Positions 27,566-35,709 of a stretch of 64,000 nt of DNA are shown in pieces; position 1 is the stretch's first letter; every line of letters begins with the position of its first letter. A program made the position numbers and the translations under genes. Source of the stretch: Gaiellaceae bacterium. GTDB taxonomy: Bacteria > Actinomycetota > Thermoleophilia > Gaiellales > Gaiellaceae. The DNA is taken from positions 18,559 through 82,558 of the forward strand of contig DASXKX010000027.1 of the NCBI GenBank assembly GCA_036496545.1, in the 5' to 3' direction. The notes below the pieces were generated by a model. That model ran no database searches. It was not told the origin of the DNA and saw nothing but the letters and a program-made list of their open reading frames with translations.

Positions 27566-28573
27566 TCAGAGCCAGCGCTTGTACCGGAAGAACCCGATCA
27601 TCGATACGAGGATCGCGAGCAGCAGCCCGATCGTGACGAGGAAGCCCACAGCACTGTCGAAGCCCGGGAACTTCACGTTCATGCCGAAGAACCCGGTCAC
27701 GAACGTCAGCGGCAGCATCACGACGCTGAAGATCGTGAGCACGTAGAGGATGTCGTTCTGCTGGTGTGAGATCAGCGACTCGTTTGTGTCCTCGAGCGCC
27801 TCGACGACCTCCTTGTAGTTGTCGAGGTTGTCCCAGATGCGCTCGCTCGCGTCGACGATGTCGTCGAAGTAGAGCTCGAGCTCCTCCGGCAGGAACCGCT
27901 CGACCGCGCGCTCGAGCAAGCGCAACGTTGGACGCTGCGGCCGCACGATCTTGCGGTAGGAGATGATCTCCTGCTTTACCTTGTGGATGTCGCGCACGCG
28001 CTCCTTCGCGCGCGGCTGCACGTCGTCGATCTCTTCGTCGATCTGGCGCAGCTTGAGCGCGATCTTGTCGAGGATCGGGAAGCAGTAGTCGTAGAGGTCG
28101 TCGAGCACCTCATAGAGTAGGCGCCCGGAGCCGCGTGAGAAGAGATTGGTCCGCAGCTCCTCGTTCGAATAGCACCGCTCGAAGAGCCGGGTGACCGGCT
28201 TCAGCTCGACCGTCGGCAGCGTGACGAGATAGTCGGGCCCGACGAAGACGTCGAGCTCACCGGCGTCGAGCCGGCCGACCGACGCGTTGTAGACAGGGAA
28301 ATGGAGAACGGCGAAGAGGTAGCCGCCCGACTCCTCCTCGGAGTAGTTGTCGACCTTCGGGCGCTCGCGGCGCGACAGGACGTCCTCGATGTCGAGCGGG
28401 TGCCAGCCGAAGCGCGCGGCAAGCAGCTGCGCCTCGTCCGACGTCGGCGCCTCGAGGTGGATCCAGGTCAGGCCTTCGGCTTGAAGTTCAGCGAGCCGCG
28501 GGCGCGGGGCGACGTCGACCGCATGCGGTTGCGACCCGACACGGCGTGGGCGGATGCGGGGCAGGCTGGGCAT
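27566..28573 (-). CDS. corA: Magnesium/cobalt transporter CorA
   Basis: 335 aa with a cytoplasmic funnel domain and two C-terminal TM helices. The GMN signature is present (FFGMNVKFPG). Confidence 0.9.
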   Translation of the reverse strand: MPSLPRIRPRRVGSQPHAVDVAPRPRLAELQAEGLTWIHLEAPTSDEAQLLAARFGWHPLDIEDVLSRRERPKVDNYSEEESGGYLFAVLHFPVYNASVGRLDAGELDVFVGPDYLVTLPTVELKPVTRLFERCYSNEELRTNLFSRGSGRLLYEVLDDLYDYCFPILDKIALKLRQIDEEIDDVQPRAKERVRDIHKVKQEIISYRKIVRPQRPTLRLLERAVERFLPEELELYFDDIVDASERIWDNLDNYKEVVEALEDTNESLISHQQNDILYVLTIFSVVMLPLTFVTGFFGMNVKFPGFDSAVGFLVTIGLLLAILVSMIGFFRYKRWL

Positions 28574-28711
28574 CGGTACTGAGGGGGTCCACGGTCGCGT
28601 TCACAGGCATGTTCGAAGTGTACCCCGGTCTCCCTGCTGGCATACCCACTACGGGGGAGATTGGGTCGCGTGCCAGAGCGCGACGTTCGGCAACCGAGAG
28701 AGGGGAGTGGT

Positions 28712-29260
28712 ATGCGGCAAGTCTCGATCGCCGCTCCCGCGGCGTATTCGAAATCGGAAGGAGGGATCGCGTTGAGCGAGCCCGAGCAGCCCAGTAACGA
28801 TGTGTCGCGGCCAGACGCAGCTCAGCGGCAAGCGGACGCGGAGCCGCCGAGCGCCGAGCAGCAGCCGTCGCCGGTACCTGCGACCGCCGCGCCGGCCGCC
28901 CGGCGAACGCCGATCGGAAAGCCACGCGGCGTCGTCTTCGTGATCTTGATCTCGATCCTCACGTTCGGCATCTATCACCTGTACTGGGTCTACAAGGTCT
29001 TCGAGGAGATGAAGCAGCACACCCAAACCGGCATCGGCGGCGTGCTCGGCCTCGTCATCGCTCTTGTTATCAACCCGGTCATCTGGTTCGTCATGCCATC
29101 CGAGATCGGGCAGCTGTACCGGGGCGACCGGCGGAGCGCGCCGCTGAGCGGCTGGACAGGACTCTGGATGCTCCTGCCGATCGTCGGGTGGTTTGTGTGG
29201 ATGGTGAAGGTCCAGCGCGCGTTGAACGGCTACTGGCAAAGCAAGGAGACGATCACCTAA
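28712..29260 (+). CDS. DUF4234-like membrane protein with Pro/Ala-rich N-terminus
   Basis: ILTFGIYHLYWVYKVFEEMK is the typical DUF4234 motif. ATG 28712 with GAGAGGGGAG SD. Confidence 0.7.
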   Translation: MRQVSIAAPAAYSKSEGGIALSEPEQPSNDVSRPDAAQRQADAEPPSAEQQPSPVPATAAPAARRTPIGKPRGVVFVILISILTFGIYHLYWVYKVFEEMKQHTQTGIGGVLGLVIALVINPVIWFVMPSEIGQLYRGDRRSAPLSGWTGLWMLLPIVGWFVWMVKVQRALNGYWQSKETIT

Positions 29261-29266
29261 GGTTCA

Positions 29267-29339
29267 TGCGCCCGGCAGGAATCGAACCTGCGACCTCGCG
29301 CTCCGGAGGCGCGCGCTCTATCCCCTGAGCTACGGGCGC
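29267..29339 (-). tRNA. tRNA-Arg (anticodon CCG)
   Basis: The reverse complement folds as GCGCCCG-TA-GCTC-AGGGGATA-GAGC-G-CGCGC-CTCCGGA-GCGCG-AGGTC-GCAGG-TTCGATT-CCTGC-CGGGCGC-A. Confidence 0.95.
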
Positions 29340-29367
29340 TGGGAGACGCCAGTGTAGCCTCCTCCGG

Positions 29368-30375
29368 GTGCAGGTCGAGGCACACATTGCGACGCTCCAG
29401 CTCGCGCAGACGTTCGTCATCTCGCGCGGAGCGGTCGATGCAGAAGACGTCGTCCAGGTTGCCGTCACCTCGAGCGGAGTGCGCGGCTACGGCGAGGCCG
29501 CGCCGATCGACCGGTACAACGAGACGCCCGAGTCGGCGCTCGCGTACATCGAGGAGCATGCCGATGCGCTCGGCGACGATCCATTCGCGCTCGACGAGAT
29601 CTTGGAACGCCTCCCCGAGCGCGAGTTTGCGGCACGTGCGGCGTTCGACATCGCGTTGCACGACCTCCAGGGCAAGCTTGTCGGCCGGCCGGTGTACCAG
29701 CTGCTCGGCGTGCGCCGCGCCGGGCCGCCGACGACGTGGACGATCTGGCTCGGAGATCCCGACGACATGGCGCGCCGTGCGTCCGAGGCCGATCCGCGCT
29801 TCCGCCGGCTGAAGCTGAAGCTCGGTGCGGGTGACGGGCTCGACGTCGAGCGCGTGCGGGCGGTGCGCGCCGTCACCGAGCTGCCGATGCAGGTGGACGT
29901 GAACGAAGGCTGGAGCGCGGACGAAGCGCTCGAGAACCTCCGCGCGCTTGCGGAGTTCGACCTGCAGTACTGCGAGCAGCCGATCACTGCCGAGGCGATG
30001 CTCGAGTCGGACGCGCTGAAACGCGAATCTCCGATTCCGATCTACGTCGATGAGAACTGCCACACGCTCGCAGACGTCGCGGAGTGCGCAGGCATCGCGC
30101 ACGGCATCAACGTGAAGCTTGCGAAGTCCGGCGGCATCCGCGAGGCCGTGCGCATGGTGCACGCCGCACGCGCGCTCGGGCTCGGCACGATGCTCGGCTG
30201 CATGGTCGAGTCCGGCATTTCGATCGCGGCCGGCGCGAGCATCGCGAGCCTGTTCGACCACATCGACCTCGACGGCAACATTCTCATCACGCACGACCCG
30301 TTCCCCGGTGTCGAGTTCACCGACGGCGTGCAGCTGCCTGCCGAGGCGCCCGGTCTCGGCGTCGGCCCTGCGTGA
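29368..30375 (+). CDS. Dipeptide epimerase / N-acyl-amino-acid racemase-like enolase-superfamily enzyme
   Basis: MR/MLE layout: KLKLG, metal ligands in VDVNEGW...EQP...DEN, and the KLAKSGGI catalytic Lys region. GTG start. Confidence 0.88.
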   Translation: MQVEAHIATLQLAQTFVISRGAVDAEDVVQVAVTSSGVRGYGEAAPIDRYNETPESALAYIEEHADALGDDPFALDEILERLPEREFAARAAFDIALHDLQGKLVGRPVYQLLGVRRAGPPTTWTIWLGDPDDMARRASEADPRFRRLKLKLGAGDGLDVERVRAVRAVTELPMQVDVNEGWSADEALENLRALAEFDLQYCEQPITAEAMLESDALKRESPIPIYVDENCHTLADVAECAGIAHGINVKLAKSGGIREAVRMVHAARALGLGTMLGCMVESGISIAAGASIASLFDHIDLDGNILITHDPFPGVEFTDGVQLPAEAPGLGVGPA

Positions 30376-31397
30376 AGTACCTGATCCTCGCGGAGGGCTT
30401 CAGCGCCGACCCGCACTACGGCAAGACGGCTCACGGCGTGTTGCGGTACCGGCGGGATGACGTCGTCGCGATTCTCGATTCGACGCGCGAGCCCGGGGCG
30501 ACTGAGGACGGCGTGCCGGTCGTGCAGACCGTGCAGGAAGCGACGCAGTACGAGCCGACGACCGCGCTGGTCGGCGTCGCGACGCAGGGCGGGCGCTTCC
30601 CGCCGGCGTGGCTCGGCCTGCTGCGGCAGTGCGTCGACGCCGGCCTCGACATCGAGAACGGCTTGCACGTCTTCCTCGAGGACGACCCCGAGCTCGCGGA
30701 GCTCGCGCGCGATCGCGGCGTCGAGCTGCGGGACCTGCGCCGCCCGCCGAGGGACATCTCGACCGCGACCGGCGAGAACCTCTCGGTGCCCGCGACGATC
30801 GTCCTCACCGTCGGCTCCGACTGCGCGATCGGGAAGATGACCGTCTCGCTCGAGCTCGACCGCGAGGCGCGCGGACGCGGCATCAAGTCGCTCTTCGTGC
30901 CGACCGGGCAGACCGGGATCGCGATCGCCGGCTGGGGCATCGCCGTCGACGCAGTTGTCGCGGACTTCATCGCGGGCGCCGCCGAGCGGCTCGTCGTCGA
31001 AGGCCACGAGCGCGCGGGAGAGCTTTTGTGGGTCGAGGGCCAGGGCGCGATCCTGCACCCGGTGTATTCGGGCGTCACCCTCGGCCTCTACCACGGCTCG
31101 GTGCCGCACGCGCTCGTCCTGTGCCACGAAGTCGGTCACGAGGAGATCGAGGGCGCGGGCGGAGGCCCACACCGGATCCCAAGTCTCAGCGAGCTCGTCG
31201 ACCTCCACGAGCGGCTCGCGCTCCCGGCCCGACCGGCCCGAGTCGTTGCGATCGCCCTCAATACCCGCCGCGTCGGCGAGGACGAGGCCCGGCAGGCGAT
31301 CGCAGCCGCCGAGGCGGAGACCGGCCTGACCGCGGACGATCCCGTCCGCTTCGGCGCGGCGCGGCTCGTTGACGCGGTCCTCGCAGGCACGGATTAG
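30372..31397 (+). CDS. DUF1611 domain-containing protein (DgcN-like putative N-acetyltransferase)
   Basis: GTGA start/stop overlap with the epimerase. Has a P-loop-like TVGSDCAIGKMT and a conserved C-terminal domain. This family habitually pairs with dipeptide epimerases. Confidence 0.8.
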   Translation: MKYLILAEGFSADPHYGKTAHGVLRYRRDDVVAILDSTREPGATEDGVPVVQTVQEATQYEPTTALVGVATQGGRFPPAWLGLLRQCVDAGLDIENGLHVFLEDDPELAELARDRGVELRDLRRPPRDISTATGENLSVPATIVLTVGSDCAIGKMTVSLELDREARGRGIKSLFVPTGQTGIAIAGWGIAVDAVVADFIAGAAERLVVEGHERAGELLWVEGQGAILHPVYSGVTLGLYHGSVPHALVLCHEVGHEEIEGAGGGPHRIPSLSELVDLHERLALPARPARVVAIALNTRRVGEDEARQAIAAAEAETGLTADDPVRFGAARLVDAVLAGTD

Positions 31398-31619
31398 CTC
31401 GAACGAGGGGTTGTCCGCTCGGGCAACCCGTCCGACATTGACGGTCGATACCTGCGGTCGACTCTGAAGGGACAGGGCCTTGAACAAGCTTGCTGCGGCA
31501 ATCGTCGGCGCGCGCTCGCGCTGATCATCACGGGAGCGGCCGCGGCCGGTCCGCAGATCGGCTTCTCGGAAGACGGCACGAAGTACGCCAATGACGGCGG
31601 CGCTCGCCTCTTCACGGAG

Positions 31620-33008
31620 ATGAACGCGGTCAACGCGACGTCAAACCGCGTCGCGGTCTTCTGGGACGGCTCGCAGACGATCTTCGACCAGGCGTTCCTC
31701 GACCGCATGATCCCGGCCGCCCAGGCCCACCGCATCCAGGTCGTCTTCGCGATCTATCCGCAGAAGGCGTCCCTTGCGCCGACGACACCCGACGCTGCGA
31801 ACTCGTTCTGCGACTACGCGGTCAAAGTGATGCAGCGCTACCCGTACGTGCGCAAGGTGATTATCGGGAACGAGCCGAACCAGCCGAAGTTCTGGCAGCC
31901 GATCTGGAACGGCTCACAGCCGGCCTCGCCGGCGGCGATGGAGACCGTGCTTGCGAGCTGCTACGACAAGCTCAAGGCGTCCGACCCGGCGATCGACGTC
32001 ATCGGTCTCGGCCTGTCGCCGCGCGGGAACGACGACCCCGGCGCTTCGAGCAACTCCTCGATCTCGCCGGTGCGCTTCCTCAAGGCGCTCGGCGACGCCT
32101 ATCGCACGAGCGGCCGCACGAAGCCGCTCTTCGACGAGCCCTCATGGCATTGCTACCCGAACGTGAACAGCGATGAGGTCGAGACGGGCTACGCATGGCC
32201 GAACACCGGCTGCGTCAACGCTGCGCGCATCAAGCTCGCGATCTGGGACGCGTTCCACGGCACCGCGCAGCCGACGCTGCCGGGCTATCCGGTCACCGGC
32301 ACCGGCACGACGCTCTTCGGCAACACGTCGCGGATGTTAATCGACGAGACCGGCTGGCAGGTCGACACGTCAGGGCTTCCCGGCTACTTCAACGCGGAGA
32401 ACGTCCCGGCGATCAGCGAGGCGAAGCAGGCGCAGGACTACGACAAGCTCGTGCATCTCGCGAACTGCGAGCCGACGCTGACGGACTTCCACATCTTCCA
32501 CGAGATCGACGAAACCGATCGCACCGGCTTCCAGAGCGGCGTGCTGCACGCGGACTTCAGCGAGCGTCCGTCGGCCGAGGACTCGGCGGCGTCGGTGAAG
32601 CACGCAATCGGCGCGGACAACGGCGGGTGCTCCGGCGGTGTCTGGCAGACGCTCGGGAGCTTCCTCTACTCGACGACGTCCGTCGCACCGCTGTACAAGA
32701 CGTTCCCGTACGCGAGCCCGGCGCCGTTCGCGACGAAGACCGTGAGCGGCGGCGGCATCTACCTCCAGCTGGCGGCCGGCGAGGGCTTCACGTACGCGGT
32801 GAGCTTCAAGAACGGCTCGAAGACGGCAGGCGCGAGCGGCGCGGCGCCGCGGACGACGGCCACGGTGAAGGTGCCGGCCGGCTTCGGGACGGGCACCGCG
32901 ACGGTCGTTCTGAAGGCCGAGACGAACTCGAGCCGGACGACCACGGTCATCGTGACCCTCGGCACGGGCACCGCGAAGGCGCCGAAGAAGCACCTTCGCA
33001 GGGGATAA
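31620..33008 (+). CDS. Glycoside-hydrolase-like protein, clan GH-A type; paralog 2 of 3 (N-terminus disrupted)
   Basis: IIGNEPN, HCYP and IDETGWQ motifs. Homologous coding continues upstream in-frame to ~31524 with no start codon. A TTG at 31480 encodes the first half of a signal peptide in the adjacent frame. Confidence 0.75.
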   Translation: MNAVNATSNRVAVFWDGSQTIFDQAFLDRMIPAAQAHRIQVVFAIYPQKASLAPTTPDAANSFCDYAVKVMQRYPYVRKVIIGNEPNQPKFWQPIWNGSQPASPAAMETVLASCYDKLKASDPAIDVIGLGLSPRGNDDPGASSNSSISPVRFLKALGDAYRTSGRTKPLFDEPSWHCYPNVNSDEVETGYAWPNTGCVNAARIKLAIWDAFHGTAQPTLPGYPVTGTGTTLFGNTSRMLIDETGWQVDTSGLPGYFNAENVPAISEAKQAQDYDKLVHLANCEPTLTDFHIFHEIDETDRTGFQSGVLHADFSERPSAEDSAASVKHAIGADNGGCSGGVWQTLGSFLYSTTSVAPLYKTFPYASPAPFATKTVSGGGIYLQLAAGEGFTYAVSFKNGSKTAGASGAAPRTTATVKVPAGFGTGTATVVLKAETNSSRTTTVIVTLGTGTAKAPKKHLRRG

Positions 33009-33114
33009 GGATCACCCAATTAGGGTGAGAATTTCCCTCCGAAATCTCTAAACTCCCGCCCCGCGGCGGCCGATCCAGGCCGTGCCGGATTGGCCACGCC
33101 GAAGGGGGCACGCT

Positions 33115-34470
33115 GTGAAGTTCAAGGTCTTCGGGGCGCTCTGCGTATGCGCGCTCCTCGCCGCAGGTTTTTTCGCCGCCACGGGCGCGGCGGACGAGCC
33201 GCCCGGTCAGACAACAACTGACCAGACGACCGTTCCTGCCGCGACCGACACGACGTCGACGACCACGTCGACGACGACCACCACGACCGCAAGTGGATCC
33301 GCGGTCCCGCCGATCGCCTGGGGCGTCGCGGACGACGCGTCGAAGTACGCGGATGACGGCGGTGACTGGTTCTACGGCGAGCTCAAGGGTGCGAGCCTCA
33401 CGCAGAACCGCTGGACGCTCGCGTTCGACCCGAGCAACCCGACCGCAATCGACGAACTGCCGTTCCTCGAGCGCGCCGCGCCGAAGGCGCAAGCCGCCGG
33501 CGTGCGAGTCCTGCTCTCGCTCTACTCGAAGAAGGGCTCCGTGCACGACCCGGTCACCTTCTGCACGTGGGCGCAGCAGGTTGCGACGACGGTTTCGCAG
33601 TGGGGGATCCACGACTACATCGTCGGGAACGAGCCGAATACGCGTCTCTACTGGTCGCCGCAGAAGGACTCGCACGGGCGCGACATCGCAGCAGGCGCGT
33701 ACGAGGCCCTGCTCGCGACGTGTTACGACGCGCTCCACGCTGCCGACCCGCAGGCGAACGTGATCGCGATGGGTCTCTCGCCGCGCGCGTCGACCAACCA
33801 GTCGAACGAGCCGCTCGTGTTCTTGCGCGACGTCGGCAACGCCTACCGCAAGTCGGGTCGGACGAAGCCGATCATGGACGAGCTGTCGGTGCATCCGTAT
33901 CCGAGCCCGAGCAGCCCGACCGACGGGCCGAGTGTGAGCTATGCGAACCCGAACCGCTTCGGCGTGCCTGACCTCGCGCGCGTCAAGCAGGCGGTGTGGG
34001 ACGCGTTCCACGGCACGGGCCAGCCGACGACGCTGAACGGCCTCACGTTCGTGATCGACGAGATCGGTTGGCAGACGGACACGACGCGGTACTCGCAGTA
34101 CGTCCACAACGAGAACGTGCCGGTCATCGGCGAGGCGACACAGGCCGCGTACCTGCGGCTGCTCGCGACGAGGTACTTCGCGTGTGATCCGACCGTCGTC
34201 GGCGTCCAGCTTTTCCTGCTCGTCGACGAGAAATATCGCGACGGCCACGACGAGAGCGGCAATTACGTCGGGGGCGGGTGGCAGAGCGGGCTCCTGACCG
34301 CAGGCGGTCAGGGCGTCTCACAGCCGAAAGTCGCGTACACCGCGGATGCTCCGCTGTTCGCGCAAGGACGCGCAGCGTGCGCCGGCCCGCTGATCTCATG
34401 GTCGCCTGGGCTGCGCAAGGTCGCGTCGGCCGGCGGGACGACGCCGAAGAAGAAGCCGAAGAAGCATTAG
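33115..34470 (+). CDS. Secreted glycoside-hydrolase-like protein, clan GH-A type; paralog 3 of 3
   Basis: GTG 33115 after the GAAGGGGG SD. Signal peptide VKFKVFGALCVCALLAAGFFAATGA, a Thr/Ser linker, and the motifs VGNEPN, HPYP and IDEIGWQ. Confidence 0.8.
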   Translation: MKFKVFGALCVCALLAAGFFAATGAADEPPGQTTTDQTTVPAATDTTSTTTSTTTTTTASGSAVPPIAWGVADDASKYADDGGDWFYGELKGASLTQNRWTLAFDPSNPTAIDELPFLERAAPKAQAAGVRVLLSLYSKKGSVHDPVTFCTWAQQVATTVSQWGIHDYIVGNEPNTRLYWSPQKDSHGRDIAAGAYEALLATCYDALHAADPQANVIAMGLSPRASTNQSNEPLVFLRDVGNAYRKSGRTKPIMDELSVHPYPSPSSPTDGPSVSYANPNRFGVPDLARVKQAVWDAFHGTGQPTTLNGLTFVIDEIGWQTDTTRYSQYVHNENVPVIGEATQAAYLRLLATRYFACDPTVVGVQLFLLVDEKYRDGHDESGNYVGGGWQSGLLTAGGQGVSQPKVAYTADAPLFAQGRAACAGPLISWSPGLRKVASAGGTTPKKKPKKH

Positions 34471-34480
34471 CCTCGCGACC

Positions 34481-34960
34481 GTGACGCGTGTTGCGGTCAT
34501 CTCGGACACGCACCTTCCTCGGGGAGCCAGACGGCTCCCCGAGTCGTGTGTGGCCGAGCTGCGCCGGGCGGACGCGATCCTTCATGCGGGCGACATCGCG
34601 AGCGTCGGCGCGCTCGCGGAGCTGCGCTCGCTCGGGCCGCCGGTGCATGCGGTGCTCGGGAACGTCGACGAGCCGGCACTCGCCGCGCTGCTGCCGGAGG
34701 AGCACGTCGTCGAGCTGGGCGGCGTCGAGATCGGGATGCGGCACATCGCCGTCAGCGAGGAGTCGCTCCTCGAGCGGTTCCCGGGCTGCGCGGCGATCGT
34801 CTTCGGCCACTCGCATCTGCCCGTGGTCGAGCGGCGAGGGGAGACGTGGCTCCTGAATCCCGGGTCGCCGACCGAGCGCCGGCGCGCGCCGTTTCACTCG
34901 ATGATCGTGGTCCGGATCGGCGGCGGAGAGCTCTTCCCCGAGCTTTTGCGCGTCACTTGA
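34481..34960 (+). CDS. Metallophosphoesterase, YfcE/MJ0936 family
   Basis: VAVISDTHLP, HAGDI, GNVD, GHSH and NPGSP motifs; 159 aa. Confidence 0.85.
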   Translation: MTRVAVISDTHLPRGARRLPESCVAELRRADAILHAGDIASVGALAELRSLGPPVHAVLGNVDEPALAALLPEEHVVELGGVEIGMRHIAVSEESLLERFPGCAAIVFGHSHLPVVERRGETWLLNPGSPTERRRAPFHSMIVVRIGGGELFPELLRVT

Positions 34961-34962
34961 CA

Positions 34963-34976
34963 CGAACATCTGTTCG
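34963..34976. promoter_or_regulatory. LexA/SOS box 1 (Cheo-type CGAAC-N4-GTTCG)
   Basis: cgaacatctgttcg is a perfect palindrome matching the Gram-positive/actinobacterial SOS-box consensus. Confidence 0.6.
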
Positions 34977-34987
34977 CTCTACCATAG

Positions 34988-35001
34988 CGAACACATGTTC
35001 G
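34988..35001. promoter_or_regulatory. LexA/SOS box 2 (Cheo-type), overlapping the start codon of the LysM gene
   Basis: cgaacacatgttcg is a perfect palindrome. The ATG at 34995-34997 lies in its 4-nt spacer region. Confidence 0.6.
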
Positions 35002-35237
35002 GGAAGTTCCTCATCGTGCTCGTACTCGTCGCGCTCGCCGTGGGCCTCGCCGCCCGCAGCTCGCACGGGGCCGGGCCCGAGCGCCACTACGTCGTCAAGC
35101 CGTCGGACACGCTCTGGTCGATCGCCGCGCATGCGTACGGCGGCGACCCCCGCGAAGGCGTGTGGAAGCTCGAGCAGCGGAACCACCTGAGCTCGGGCAC
35201 GCTCGTCCCAGGGCAGACGCTCGTCCTGCCGGGCTAA
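34995..35237 (+). CDS. Small TM + LysM domain protein (YneA/ChiZ-like candidate SOS cell-division inhibitor)
   Basis: 80 aa with an N-terminal TM helix (FLIVLVLVALAVGLAA) and a LysM motif (YVVKPSDTLWSIAAHAYG...LVPGQTLVLP). Two SOS boxes lie immediately upstream. Confidence 0.75.
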   Translation: MFGKFLIVLVLVALAVGLAARSSHGAGPERHYVVKPSDTLWSIAAHAYGGDPREGVWKLEQRNHLSSGTLVPGQTLVLPG

Positions 35238-35686
35238 GCCTCGGGGAGCTCGATCCCGGAGACGTAGACCTTCTCGCCGCGGAAGCGCTTCTGCTGCTCG
35301 TCCCAGGGGAACCAGATGATCACCTTCCACTCGAGGCGCTCGCCGGTCGGCGGCGCGCCGAGCCACTCGGCCTGCCACGTCGCGGTGACATTCGCCTCCT
35401 CGCAGACGCCCTGGGGGCCGATCACGATGTCGGTCAGGTCGAAGTGGATGTCGGGGAACGCGGTGAGAAGCTGGGTGTAGAACCGTGCCGCGCCTTCGTG
35501 CCCTTCCCAACGATGCCCGGTCTGCACGAGCTCGTAGACGCAGTCCGGCGTCAGCGTCGCGATGAGGCAGGGGAGGTCGCGCGCGTCCTCCGCGATCGAG
35601 TGCGCTTTGTACAGCGCGCGGATCTCGGTGTACAGCTCCGGCGTGATCTCGCGGCGGTAGACCTCGAGGACAGAGGGGTCGGCCAC
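35234..35686 (-). CDS. SnoaL-like / NTF2-family protein (ester-cyclase-like)
   Basis: LYKAHSIAEDARDLPCLIATLTPDCVYE... and FPDIHFDLTDIVIGPQGV. GTG 35686 chosen. The track start 35770 would overlap rnz. Confidence 0.7.
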   Translation of the reverse strand: MADPSVLEVYRREITPELYTEIRALYKAHSIAEDARDLPCLIATLTPDCVYELVQTGHRWEGHEGAARFYTQLLTAFPDIHFDLTDIVIGPQGVCEEANVTATWQAEWLGAPPTGERLEWKVIIWFPWDEQQKRFRGEKVYVSGIELPEA

Positions 35687-35709
35687 GCGCGAGAGCCTAC
35701 TATCGCCGC

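Noticed and set aside
33012-33034. Hairpin TCACCC-AATTA-GGGTGA followed by GAATTT after paralog 2, as an intrinsic terminator
   Set aside because: It has only a 6-bp stem and a 3-T tract interrupted by GAA. That is too weak to call, although it may contribute to termination between the tandem glycosidase genes.
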